In this document: positions 27,019-36,810 of the stretch, one piece after another
Position numbering within the stretch: position 1 is the first letter of the stretch
Layout: every line of letters begins with the position of its first letter
NCBI GenBank assembly: GCA_035411425.1
Contig: DAONSX010000001.1
Coordinates: 65,678 to 129,677 of the forward strand
Length of the DNA: 64,000 nucleotides
Source of the DNA: Bacteroidales bacterium
Lineage (GTDB): Bacteria; Bacteroidota; Bacteroidia; Bacteroidales; TTA-H9
Direction of reading: 5' to 3'
Program-made: the position numbers and the translations under genes
Notes under the pieces: generated by a model
Databases searched by the model: none
The model's input: the letters and a program-made list of their open reading frames with translations, nothing else
Told to the model about the DNA's origin: nothing

Positions 27019-28056
27019 ATGATAGAAAAAAATAACTTTTACCTTAGAGAAGCAAAGAAAATTGAGGATTTACTTCAAACTCATCAAAATATCCTCATTA
27101 TTAGCCATCCATATCCCGATGGGGATTCGATAGGAGCTTCTCTTGCATTATATATGGTTTTTAAAAAGCTTGGACATGAAGTAAATATTATCATTCCTAA
27201 CGTTCATCCTCCTTTTTTGGGCTGGCTACCAGCAGTTCAAAACATTATAATTTACGAACAGCACATACAAGCAGCCCGGAAACTTATTCAGGAAACCCGG
27301 TTGGTTTTTTGTGTTGATTTTAATAATCTCAAACGTCTGAATCAGCTTAGTAGCCTTTTCAATGAGGATAATCATAAGTATGTTCTCATCGATCATCATC
27401 CTCAACCCGACAATTATTTCGATGTAAAATTTCATACCATTCATGTGAGTTCAACCTCTGAACTTGTATATGAACTTTTGCTCATGATGGGTTTGGAAGA
27501 TAGCATTGATTTAGATGTTGCATTAAATCTCTACGTTGGTATAATGACCGACACGGGTTCTTTCAGTTATTCTTGTAATTATCCACGCACTTACGAAATT
27601 ACTGCCCGTTTGATCGAAAAGGGTATAGATGCCCAAAAGACGCACAATCTTATTTATGATACTTTTTCGGAGCTTCGCATGCGATTACTCGGGTATTTGC
27701 TGCTTAACCGCATGATTGTGATGCAAGAGTATAAAACCGCCTATATGTGGCTTAGCCTCGAGGACCAGAAGACTTTTCAATTTCAACCAGGTGACGCCGA
27801 AGGTTTTGTGAATTATGCACTTGCAATCGAAGGCATTAGATTGGCGGCATTTTTTACCGAAAAACCCGATATGGTTCGTGTGAGTTTTCGCTCGAAAGGC
27901 AGCTTTTCGGTAAACGAACTGGCAAGGAAATATTTTGATGGAGGTGGGCATCTCAACGCAGCCGGTGCCAATAGTTACAAAACACTTCAAGAAACCCTTC
28001 GGTATTTCGAAGCGGTGGTGAAGGAGAATATCATTGCTTTATGCCAGAAAGATTAA
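27019..28056 (+). CDS. nrnA: DHH/DHHA1 phosphoesterase (NrnA-type oligoribonuclease / pAp phosphatase)
   Basis: SHPYPDGDSIGASLAL (DHH motifs I/II), VLIDHHP (the DHH motif), and the DHHA1 motif GGGHLNAAGA. Confidence 0.85.
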   Translation: MIEKNNFYLREAKKIEDLLQTHQNILIISHPYPDGDSIGASLALYMVFKKLGHEVNIIIPNVHPPFLGWLPAVQNIIIYEQHIQAARKLIQETRLVFCVDFNNLKRLNQLSSLFNEDNHKYVLIDHHPQPDNYFDVKFHTIHVSSTSELVYELLLMMGLEDSIDLDVALNLYVGIMTDTGSFSYSCNYPRTYEITARLIEKGIDAQKTHNLIYDTFSELRMRLLGYLLLNRMIVMQEYKTAYMWLSLEDQKTFQFQPGDAEGFVNYALAIEGIRLAAFFTEKPDMVRVSFRSKGSFSVNELARKYFDGGGHLNAAGANSYKTLQETLRYFEAVVKENIIALCQKD

Positions 28057-28565
28057 CTCTGCTGATTATTATTGGTTTAGCTATAATATCCTGTCATTCT
28101 CCCGAAAAGGGAAAAAGCAACCAAATTCTCGAACCAGATTTATATGATACATTTGTAGCTTATAATCAGAGAATGACAGAATATGAGAATCAGCTTATCG
28201 AGGACTATATGGCAAGATATCATTTAAGTATGAATCAAACTGGCACAGGGCTTCGTTACAAGATTCTAAGGGAAGGAGAAGGCCCAAGGATTAGAGAAGG
28301 GCAGGAAATTGCTCTTGATTATAAAATGTATTTGCTCACAGGCGATCTGGTTCGAGAATCAAAGCCAGGAAATCCTTTACGATTTACCGTAGGCAAATCC
28401 GATATAATTTCTGGCCTTGATGAGGCCGTTAGATTGTTTCGAAAAGGCACAATTGCAAAAATTATTATACCTTCGCACTTGGCTTACGGAGCTACGGGTG
28501 ATCAGCAATATATCCCTCCACGAGCCACTTTAGTGCTCGATATTAAAATTGTTGAACCTTATTAA
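28041..28565 (+). CDS. FKBP-type peptidyl-prolyl isomerase lipoprotein with one FKBP module (possibly GldI-like)
   Basis: Lipobox-like LAIISC, followed by an FKBP module (...IIPSHLAYGATGDQQYIPPRATLVLDIKIVE). The ATG overlaps the nrnA 3' end by 16 nt. The GldI assignment rests only on size, lipoprotein character and phylum, and is weak. Confidence 0.8.
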   Translation: MPERLTLLIIIGLAIISCHSPEKGKSNQILEPDLYDTFVAYNQRMTEYENQLIEDYMARYHLSMNQTGTGLRYKILREGEGPRIREGQEIALDYKMYLLTGDLVRESKPGNPLRFTVGKSDIISGLDEAVRLFRKGTIAKIIIPSHLAYGATGDQQYIPPRATLVLDIKIVEPY

Positions 28566-28576
28566 CACATTACATC

Positions 28577-29437
28577 ATGAAAACTAAAATTACCTATTTT
28601 TTTGCTCTTACCTTGATAGCTGTTACCTTGATTTCGTGTAGCAAATATCCTGGTTACAAGAAAACCGATTCAGGTTTGTATTACAAGTTTTACGTCAAGT
28701 CGGGCGATACTGCCAAACCTAAGGTTAACGACATCTTGAAACTTTATATGTCGTATGGTACTAAAGACAGTCTTTTGATGGATGGCAAAGAGGAATTTCT
28801 TCTGCAGTTAACCAACCCACAATTCAAGGGTGATATCAATGAAGCCCTTGCCATGATGTCGAAAGGCGATAGTGCAAGTTTCATCATGCCTGCCGATTCA
28901 TTTTTCAAGAAGATAGTACATGTTCCGTTGCCTGACTTTATCGACAGCACAGAAATGCTTTACTTTAATGTAAAAATGATCGATTTTTTCAGTCAGGAAG
29001 AATTCATCAAGCGTATGAATGAGGAAAATGCGCTCAAAGAACAGAAGGAGCTAAGCGATCTGGAAAGTTATCTTAGCGCTAATAATATTACGGTGCAACC
29101 TACCGAGAGCGGGCTTATCTACATCGAGATCGTTAAGGGAACTGGTCCACAAGCAACCCAAGGGAAGAAGGCCAAGGTTCATTATACAGGAACCTTGCTC
29201 GATGGAACCAAGTTCGATTCATCATACGATCATCCTGATAAACAACCTTTAGAATTTATAATAGGTGAACAGCGTATTATTCCTGGTTTCGAAGAAGGTG
29301 TAAGTTTGATGAAAAAAGGAGGCAAAGCCAAATTGATTATGCCTTCCAAGCTTGCTTATGGCAGCCGTCCGGCTGGGCCTAGTATTCCTGCATTCTCTAC
29401 TCTGGTATTTGAGGTTGAACTCATTGATGTTCAATAA
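28577..29437 (+). CDS. FKBP-type PPIase lipoprotein with two modules (a degenerate N-terminal module and a canonical C-terminal module)
   Basis: Lipobox TLISC. The canonical module reads KVHYTGTLLDGTKFDSSYD...PLEFIIGEQRIIPGFEEGV...LIMPSKLAYGSRPAGPSIPAFSTLVFEVELIDV. Confidence 0.88.
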   Translation: MKTKITYFFALTLIAVTLISCSKYPGYKKTDSGLYYKFYVKSGDTAKPKVNDILKLYMSYGTKDSLLMDGKEEFLLQLTNPQFKGDINEALAMMSKGDSASFIMPADSFFKKIVHVPLPDFIDSTEMLYFNVKMIDFFSQEEFIKRMNEENALKEQKELSDLESYLSANNITVQPTESGLIYIEIVKGTGPQATQGKKAKVHYTGTLLDGTKFDSSYDHPDKQPLEFIIGEQRIIPGFEEGVSLMKKGGKAKLIMPSKLAYGSRPAGPSIPAFSTLVFEVELIDVQ

Positions 29438-29458
29438 TTTTGAACGTTTTTGCATGAT

Positions 29459-30763
29459 ATGAGCATTCGCCATTTACGTTTCATTTTATTTATTTTTGTC
29501 ATCGGCTGCATCGTTTATGGGTGCAGCCGATTTAGTGGTTATAAGAAAACCAGCGACGGTCTATATTACAAGTTTTACCGACAAAATGAAGGCCCGCATC
29601 CAGATACGAGTAATATCGTACAGATAAATCTAAGTTATCGCTACGGGGATTCCGTATTATTTAGCAGCAACATTTTAAGAGAACCCATGAATATGATGGT
29701 AAATCCTCCTGAATTTCGGGGCGACCTCAATCAGGCTTTAATGATGATGAGCCCAGGTGATAGTGCTTCATTCCTTATACGAGCCGATTCGTTCTTCTTT
29801 TGCACTCTGAAATACAATCGTCTGCCAAAGATAAGCACCCCCGACTCGTATGTTACACTCGAAGTAGGCATGACAAAGATGTGGACAAAACAAGAGCAAC
29901 GCCAAAAGGAACAAGAATGGATCATAGCTCGAAAAAATTCCGAAAAGGAGGAAATTCAGAGATTTATTAAGGAAATTCGATTCGAAGGAGATACTACTCC
30001 CGAGGGTTTGTATTTTAAAATTACTCGAAAGGGTGAAGGGCCAACTCCTAAACCCGGTGATCAGGTTACATTGAAATTCAGTGTAAATTTGATCGATGGA
30101 ACCAAATTGTACTCGTCGTGGGATAAAGGAATACCAATGACCATTGAATTTGGGAAGAAATTCGATACTGAGGGAATCGACATTGCCTTATCGAGAATGA
30201 ATAAAGGTTCTGTCGCTCGATTGATAATTCCGAGCAAATTAGCATTTGGAGAAAAAGGTCGCCCTCCTTTCATACCCCCTTATTCTCCTTTGCTTTATGA
30301 TGTCGAAATAGTTGACATAAAATCAAAAATCGATAAACAAAAAACCAATCAGGAGCAAGTGGAAAAACTTCGTCTGAGTGAGCAGAAACGAATAGAAGAA
30401 TATTTGGTTAAGAACAATTTGAAAGTGAAGCCACAGGCCAATGGACTTTATTTTATAGAGTTGAAAAAAGGGCAGGGGGTTCCTCCCAAAACCAATCAAA
30501 CGGTTCGGGTGCATTATACAGGCTGGTTACTGGATGGAACGAAGTTCGATTCTTCATATGATAAAGGAAAACCTTTCGAATTTATTTTAGGGCGTGGAAA
30601 TGTTATCGAGGGCTGGGGGAAGGCCGTTGCTCAAATGCAAGCCGGCTCAAAGGTAAAAATTATTTTGCCGAGCCATCTTGCTTATGGTGAACGTGGAGCA
30701 CCTCCTAAAATTCCTCCTTTTGCGCCTTTAGTCTTCGAAATTGAATTGCTCGATTATGAATAA
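29459..30763 (+). CDS. FKBP-type PPIase lipoprotein with three modules
   Basis: The track start at 29450 is a TTG; I prefer the ATG at 29459 (MSIRHLRFILFIFVIGCIVYGC). There are three GLY(Y/F)K... modules. The last is canonical: RVHYTGWLLDGTKFDSSYDKGKPFEFILGRGNVIEGW...LAYGERGAPPKIPPFAPLVFEIELLDY. Confidence 0.88.
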   Translation: MSIRHLRFILFIFVIGCIVYGCSRFSGYKKTSDGLYYKFYRQNEGPHPDTSNIVQINLSYRYGDSVLFSSNILREPMNMMVNPPEFRGDLNQALMMMSPGDSASFLIRADSFFFCTLKYNRLPKISTPDSYVTLEVGMTKMWTKQEQRQKEQEWIIARKNSEKEEIQRFIKEIRFEGDTTPEGLYFKITRKGEGPTPKPGDQVTLKFSVNLIDGTKLYSSWDKGIPMTIEFGKKFDTEGIDIALSRMNKGSVARLIIPSKLAFGEKGRPPFIPPYSPLLYDVEIVDIKSKIDKQKTNQEQVEKLRLSEQKRIEEYLVKNNLKVKPQANGLYFIELKKGQGVPPKTNQTVRVHYTGWLLDGTKFDSSYDKGKPFEFILGRGNVIEGWGKAVAQMQAGSKVKIILPSHLAYGERGAPPKIPPFAPLVFEIELLDYE

Positions 30764-31562
30764 AAAAATATCCTCCATTGTATTAAACCTGGCTTGCATT
30801 GCTTTTTTGGGCTCATGCAGCAGCACAAAAAAAACAAATGCTCCCTCCGATATTTTTCAAACCCCTTCAGGAGTGGAGATTCAAATTATACAGCATGGCA
30901 AGGGAAAGAGAGCAGAAAATGGAAATATCGTCCGATTGCATTACACTGGTAAACTTACCAATGGAACTATTTTCGACAGCAGCATTCAACGCGATAAACC
31001 GATTCAAATTACCTTGGGCAAGGGTCAAATTATCAAAGGATGGGAGGAAGCCTTGCCATATTTGCACGAAGGAGATAAGGCGATCCTTTCTGTTCCTCCC
31101 GAACTGGCTTATGGGAATCAGGATTTAGGGATAATCCCTCCAAATTCTACTTTAATTTTTGAAATCGACTTGCTCGAAGTGGTCCAGTCTACGCCTCCTG
31201 AGCCTTTTGTTACTGCGGGATTGGATACTTTGGTGCTGGATTCAGGATTGAAGATCATCATCGTAAAAAAAGGCAATGGGCCGAAGGCGAGTTTCGGTCG
31301 TCAGGTCGTTGCACATTATACTGGTTATTTACCCAATGGAAAGGTATTCGATAGCAGTTATCTTCATGGTCAACCCATTACTTTTCATCCAGGAAGCGGT
31401 CAAGTTATCAAAGGTTGGGATGAAGCTTTTCCTTTACTGCCCAAGGGAACAAAAGCACGATTAATCATCCCTCCTTATCTGGCCTATGGTGATCATGACA
31501 CTGGACCTATTCCAGCCGGTTCGACTCTGGTCTTCGATGTAGAAGTAGTGGATATAAAATAG
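30756..31562 (+). CDS. FKBP-type PPIase lipoprotein with two canonical modules
   Basis: The track start at 30741 is a TTG; the ATG at 30756 (MNKKISSIVLNLACIAFLGSC) overlaps the upstream stop by 8 nt. Two modules carry LHYTGKL.NGT.FDSS and AHYTGYLPNGKVFDSS. Confidence 0.88.
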   Translation: MNKKISSIVLNLACIAFLGSCSSTKKTNAPSDIFQTPSGVEIQIIQHGKGKRAENGNIVRLHYTGKLTNGTIFDSSIQRDKPIQITLGKGQIIKGWEEALPYLHEGDKAILSVPPELAYGNQDLGIIPPNSTLIFEIDLLEVVQSTPPEPFVTAGLDTLVLDSGLKIIIVKKGNGPKASFGRQVVAHYTGYLPNGKVFDSSYLHGQPITFHPGSGQVIKGWDEAFPLLPKGTKARLIIPPYLAYGDHDTGPIPAGSTLVFDVEVVDIK

Positions 31563-31885
31563 GGATAACCCTGTTCATATTGAATCGCTTTGCAGCTTGT
31601 CATTCGATTCGATGTTTTCTTGTAAAATATTCAATAATAATTTCGGTGCTCGAAAGAAGTTAACCGTGCTCAATATTTGTACAACTTTCAATTTCATATT
31701 TATCTTTCACCGATCTTCATCCTCTCGTTTCTATGTAAAACAAATCCACTTTTGTTATAGTTTGGCCAAGTTCCTACTTTTGCGGATGAATAGGACAGAA
31801 ACTGATTCGAACCTTAATTTTTTGGGTTGAAGCATTGAAAATTCTATAATAAGTATTATCGGATTGTATTGATCAGGAAAAAGTT

Positions 31886-33166
31886 ATGATAAAACGAATT
31901 CCTCTATATGTCAAAATATTAGCAGGTCTCGCCATTGGAATTTTTGTCGGTATTATTGCTGTAATTACCAATAGCGGTGGGTTTATTATCGATTATGTAA
32001 AACCATTTGGAACGATCTTTTTAAATCTTTTGAAATTGATTGCCATTCCATTGATTTTTACTTCATTGGTTTCAGGTATAGCCGGATTATCCAATATTAA
32101 GAAGTTTTCTACATTAGGAGTACAAACCTTCGTTCTATATATTGTAACTACTGTTATTGCAGTATGTATCGGGTTGGGATTGGTGAATTTGATCCGTCCT
32201 GGTGATTATTTTTCGGAAGGCAAACGTTCTGAAATGATGGCAAAATATGGCCAGTCTATTTCCATCGATGAGAAGAATGTTCAAAATCTCGGACACAGAT
32301 CCCCTTTACAATTTTTAGTGGATATGGTACCTGAAAACATCGTGGATGCAGCTTCAAGCAATACTTCCATGTTGCAAATCATCGTATTTGCCGTGCTTTT
32401 TGGATTGGCCTTGATCAGCATTAATGAGCAATTTTCCGAACCTGTAAAGAAGTTTATTGTTGGGCTCAATGAAGTCATACTTAAAATTGTCGATTTTATC
32501 ATGCTGATAGCCCCGATAGGGGTCTTAGCCTTAATGGCCGGCTTGATAGTAGACGTTATAGGAAAAGATGCAGCCGAAGGAATTCAGCTTTTTGTTTCAC
32601 TTGGCCTATATTTTTTGACGGTGCTGGTAGGCATTTTCATTATTATCATCTTGATATACCCTTCCATTTTAAGGATCTTTGTCAAGGTGTCATTCAGGCA
32701 GTTTTACAAAGCAATTTTTCCGGCTCAACTGGTTGCATTTTCCACGAGTTCGAGTGCTGCTACTCTGCCTGTAACTATGGAACAAGTCGAAAAAGAATTG
32801 GGCATAGATAGAGAGATAACGAGTTTTGTGCTTCCCCTTGGGGTAACTATCAACATGGATGGTACAAGCCTGTATCAAGCAATCGCTTCCATATTTATTG
32901 CACAAGTCATGGGAATAGATCTCTCTCTAAGTCAAATGCTGACCGTTCTCATCATGGCTGTAATGGCTTCAATAGGCTCTGCAGGAGTTCCAGGAGCAGG
33001 AATGGTGATGTTGATTGTGATATTGAACAGTATAGGAATCCCGGCAGAAGGTTTAGCACTAATTATCGCGATAGACCGTCCTCTCGATATGTTCAGAACC
33101 GTTGTGAACGTTACCGGTGATGCCATGATAGCTACTCTTCTGGGAAAGAACAGAAAAATTACCTAA
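31886..33166 (+). CDS. Dicarboxylate/amino acid:cation symporter (DAACS / GltP family)
   Basis: Multi-TM protein of 426 aa with FSTSSSAATLPVTM, VLPLGVTINMDGTSLYQ, and DRPLDMFRTVVNVTGDA, the conserved SDF-family reentrant-loop motifs. Confidence 0.9.
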   Translation: MIKRIPLYVKILAGLAIGIFVGIIAVITNSGGFIIDYVKPFGTIFLNLLKLIAIPLIFTSLVSGIAGLSNIKKFSTLGVQTFVLYIVTTVIAVCIGLGLVNLIRPGDYFSEGKRSEMMAKYGQSISIDEKNVQNLGHRSPLQFLVDMVPENIVDAASSNTSMLQIIVFAVLFGLALISINEQFSEPVKKFIVGLNEVILKIVDFIMLIAPIGVLALMAGLIVDVIGKDAAEGIQLFVSLGLYFLTVLVGIFIIIILIYPSILRIFVKVSFRQFYKAIFPAQLVAFSTSSSAATLPVTMEQVEKELGIDREITSFVLPLGVTINMDGTSLYQAIASIFIAQVMGIDLSLSQMLTVLIMAVMASIGSAGVPGAGMVMLIVILNSIGIPAEGLALIIAIDRPLDMFRTVVNVTGDAMIATLLGKNRKIT

Positions 33167-33507
33167 ATATGTAATCGAAATGCAAGTTGAGCGGTACCCA
33201 TTGCGGAATGAGGATTATGGAGCTCACGGCAAGATTCTTTGATGATCTTTTTGCTTTAGGTATTTATTCTCTGTAATTCTTTATACCTTCTCTGGTGTTC
33301 CTCTTATGAAAAAACACCGGTTGTTTGACAAATGTGAGTTTACCTCAAAAGCCAAAGCAAAGAAAGAATAAAATAATTTGTAGTTCTGAATTTTAATTAT
33401 GAAGACAAAAATGGTGATGGGTTTTGAAGGTCGCTCCCTATAATAGTTTTCCTAAAGATTTGAATGAAGCAATTGATTAACAGTTTAATACCCCTAATTC
33501 AGTAAAA

Positions 33508-34584
33508 TCATTTTACATACTGAGATATTATTTGCTCTATTTCAGGTTCTCTTTCTTTAAAATCATAATACAGCGCAAACTGTGCCTTTGCTCTTTGAAG
33601 GTTATGTTGAGGATGATCTATCTTAAAATAAATATCGTCATTCAGATAATCGGTAAGAAAACGCAATGCAATAATAAATGTCATGTGAGCCGGGGCATGA
33701 GGCAAACCCATGATTTCGTCGGTATTCATAATTTTTTTAACACAGGGCAAATAACCTTGACAGTAAGCCTTCAATAAATCCAAATCGCAATGAACCGATG
33801 TGCTGTCGGGTTCATCTTCGTAGAAAGGATTGGCTGTGGTGCGCAAGGCATCGCCAAAATCGTGTAAAAAACTACCTGGCATCATTGTATCTAGATCGAT
33901 CATGCAGATTCCTCTTAAATGATTATCAAAGAGAACATTATTGATTTTAGGGTCATTGTGCACAATTCTTTTTCGAGTATGGGGACTGTAGATTTTTCTT
34001 GAGAATATAAGTTCATCATCGCAGGCAATGTCGACGATTTGAATCAAAGCGTTGGCCTGGCTCAAACGATGAGTGGATGCTTTCCCCTTTGCAATCAGGA
34101 ATTCCCTCCACCGACTGTCGAGATTATGAAAATTCGGTAAAATCGTATGAAGCTGCTCAACCGGAAAATCCTTGAGCAAATAATGGAAGTCTCCCAGTAC
34201 TTTACCGGCTTCAAAAGCCATTGAGGGAGATAATGCCATATCGTAAGTCTTGGAATTGGGCACTCTTTCCATTACCCTCCAGTATTGGCCTTGATCATCG
34301 TGATAGAAGGATTTTCCTTCCAAAGTTTGAATTATCCGAACAGTCAAATCTTCGGGTGAGGAATTTTTCGAAATATATCGAGTTACTTTGAAAATATTAT
34401 CCATAAGGGCAGCCACATCAGGGAAAACCTTATGGTTGATGCATTGAAATATAAAGCATTGATTATCCGTATCCACACGAAAAGTCTGGTGGATATGGCC
34501 CGAACCAAAAGGCCGAACCATCGAGCAGCTTTTATCGAGGCCAAAAGCAACGAATACCTCGCCGGGTATCTTTATTAATCCCAT
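33508..34584 (-). CDS. APH-fold (aminoglycoside phosphotransferase-like) kinase, candidate anomeric sugar / N-acetylhexosamine 1-kinase (NahK/AmgK-like)
   Basis: Catalytic loop IVHNDPKINNVLFD (HxDxxxxN) and metal-binding MIDLDT. Its 358-aa length is close to NahK (~359 aa, from memory). It overlaps the upstream nucleotidyltransferase gene by 10 nt. Confidence 0.65.
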   Translation of the reverse strand: MGLIKIPGEVFVAFGLDKSCSMVRPFGSGHIHQTFRVDTDNQCFIFQCINHKVFPDVAALMDNIFKVTRYISKNSSPEDLTVRIIQTLEGKSFYHDDQGQYWRVMERVPNSKTYDMALSPSMAFEAGKVLGDFHYLLKDFPVEQLHTILPNFHNLDSRWREFLIAKGKASTHRLSQANALIQIVDIACDDELIFSRKIYSPHTRKRIVHNDPKINNVLFDNHLRGICMIDLDTMMPGSFLHDFGDALRTTANPFYEDEPDSTSVHCDLDLLKAYCQGYLPCVKKIMNTDEIMGLPHAPAHMTFIIALRFLTDYLNDDIYFKIDHPQHNLQRAKAQFALYYDFKEREPEIEQIISQYVK

Positions 34585-35489
34585 AGAGGCTCTGGATAAT
34601 ACCCCTCACTTACCAGTTTTCGGAGATTTTCGACGACTTTTGAGCGATCTTCCTGATAAGTGATACCAAACCACTGTTCGTTAACCGTGAGTACTTTGAA
34701 TCGAGCCTTCCCGGTCGAGATAAGATGATCGGCTACTGAGGGAATATAAAATTCCGCACTTGTTGAATGATGGTTTTCCTTTAAGAATTCGAGGAAAAGC
34801 CTTTCGAAATCTTGAAATATCTCCGGGCAGAAAGCCCATGTATTCATCGAAACAATGGTATCGCCCGGTAAAAACACTAAATCACCTCCCGAATTGGGGT
34901 AGGCATAACCCCCATGTGTTTTATGAATTTGGTGAGTTTCAATAATTTTTTTCAGATAGCCATTGGAATCTATCTGGCAAATTCCTCTGGAAACACCGCC
35001 ATAATCCGATAATGTTCTTGAGAGGTAGTAGCCAACAAGTGCATATTCAGGAATAGAAGAACTTCGGGGTTTGCTAAAAAAGTCTATTACGGCCTGATAA
35101 GCTCCTGGCCCATAGAAATCATCGGAATTGATTACGGCAAAAGGCTCGTTTATTTTGTCTTTAGCCATCAAAACCGCATGACCAGTTCCCCAAGGTTTAT
35201 TTCTTCCTACTGGAACCGTATAACCTGGAGGTAAATTTTCGAGTTCTTGATATATGTAATCTACTTCCATTTTTCCTTTATATCTGTCGTGGAAAAAGTT
35301 AGTAAACTCTTTTTCGATTTGTTTACGAATTATGAAGATCACTTTCCCAAAACCCGCTCTCATGGCATCGAAAACGCTGAAGTCAATAATAGTTTCACCA
35401 TGAGGCCCAAGCGGATCGAGTTGTTTTAAACCACCGTAGCGGCTTCCTATTCCTGCCGCAAGAACCAATAATGTTGGTTTTGTTTTCAT
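34575..35489 (-). CDS. Sugar-1-phosphate nucleotidyltransferase family protein (304 aa)
   Basis: The start was moved to the ATG at 35489 (MKTKPTLLVLAAGIGSRYGGLKQLDPLGP), a glycine-rich NTP-transferase N-terminal signature. The longer track ORF would overlap the MFS gene. Confidence 0.72.
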   Translation of the reverse strand: MKTKPTLLVLAAGIGSRYGGLKQLDPLGPHGETIIDFSVFDAMRAGFGKVIFIIRKQIEKEFTNFFHDRYKGKMEVDYIYQELENLPPGYTVPVGRNKPWGTGHAVLMAKDKINEPFAVINSDDFYGPGAYQAVIDFFSKPRSSSIPEYALVGYYLSRTLSDYGGVSRGICQIDSNGYLKKIIETHQIHKTHGGYAYPNSGGDLVFLPGDTIVSMNTWAFCPEIFQDFERLFLEFLKENHHSTSAEFYIPSVADHLISTGKARFKVLTVNEQWFGITYQEDRSKVVENLRKLVSEGYYPEPLWD

Positions 35490-35535
35490 CGCTATGGATA
35501 TTGAAAATGATGGTTCGAAATTAATAAAAAACTTA

Positions 35536-36810
35536 TTACCAATTTTTGATTTTATGCAAACGCAATGCATATAACCATATAATGAGGTAACAAGGGATCA
35601 GAATGATGTAAGCAAAATTAGGATCGAACATATCGGACAACTTACCCCAGGCTAAAGGCAAAATTGCTCCGCCGGCTATAGCCATTATCAATAAAGCTGA
35701 ACCAGTTTTAATGTAACGTCCAAGACCATGCAACGCAAGTGGCCAAACTGCCGGCCAAACCAATGCATTGGCGAGCCCCAGCAAGGCTACGAAAATAATA
35801 GAAACATAACCATCGGTAAGTAAAATCAGGATACTGAAGGCTAATCCTAAAAGACCCGATACCTGCAGAGCCTTTTCTTGTGTTATATATTTTGGAATCA
35901 ATATAATACCTAAGATATACCCCAATATCATCGATAACATAGTATAGGTTGTAAAGGCTTTTGCCACTTCCATTTTAATGCCGAGCGACAGGCCATATCG
36001 AATGATAGTATCACCGGCTATCACTTCTGCTCCTACGTAGAAAAATAAAGTTAGTACCCCTAATACCAGATTGGGAAATTGTAAGATATTGGTTTTATTT
36101 GAATTAAGTATGGAAGTTCCTTCATCCTCCTGTTCGGTTTCTATCTCGGGTAGTGGAGAAAATCGTATCATAAAGCCCATCAACACCAAAACTACCGTCA
36201 TTACGATGTAAGGATTGATCACCCGACGAGCTAAACCATCGAGTGCAGCAATACGTTCCTGAACGTCCAATGTGGAAAGGTTTCTGATGAATTCATCCCC
36301 ATCATTCAAAATAAAATAGGCAAGAATCAGTGGTGCGATGGCTCCGGCAAGTTTATTGGCAATTCCCATGATACTTATGCGACTGGCAGCACTTTCTACA
36401 GGTCCAATGATGGTAATGTAAGGATTAGAAGCCGTTTGCAACAAGGCCAAACCGGCTCCCATAATAAACAATCCTGTCAGAAAAATACCATAAGTGCGAG
36501 TTAAGGCTGCAGGAATAAAAATAAGAGTTCCAATCGCCATTACCCACAACCCCACCATCATTCCGTTGCGGAAACCAGTCTTCTTGAGTACCCACGACGA
36601 TGGCAAAGCCATGATTGTGTAGGAAATATAAAAACTGAAAGTGACGAATAAGGCTTGAAAATCACTGAGATTACAAGCAATTTTCAAATAGGGTATTAAT
36701 ATCCCATTGAGCCAGGTAACGAAACCAAATATAAAAAACAATGCACCAATAATACTGATGCTCAATCTATAACTCGATTTGTTTGTTGTTGTAGGAGCAG
36801 AATTGACCAT
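35536..36810 (-). CDS. MFS sugar transporter (FucP / glucose-galactose GluP-like, 12 TM)
   Basis: 424 aa with about 12 hydrophobic helices and a central charged loop (IETEQEDEGTSILNSNK). The overall pattern resembles the FHS family of the MFS. The substrate cannot be read from the sequence. Confidence 0.75.
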   Translation of the reverse strand: MVNSAPTTTNKSSYRLSISIIGALFFIFGFVTWLNGILIPYLKIACNLSDFQALFVTFSFYISYTIMALPSSWVLKKTGFRNGMMVGLWVMAIGTLIFIPAALTRTYGIFLTGLFIMGAGLALLQTASNPYITIIGPVESAASRISIMGIANKLAGAIAPLILAYFILNDGDEFIRNLSTLDVQERIAALDGLARRVINPYIVMTVVLVLMGFMIRFSPLPEIETEQEDEGTSILNSNKTNILQFPNLVLGVLTLFFYVGAEVIAGDTIIRYGLSLGIKMEVAKAFTTYTMLSMILGYILGIILIPKYITQEKALQVSGLLGLAFSILILLTDGYVSIIFVALLGLANALVWPAVWPLALHGLGRYIKTGSALLIMAIAGGAILPLAWGKLSDMFDPNFAYIILIPCYLIIWLYALRLHKIKNW

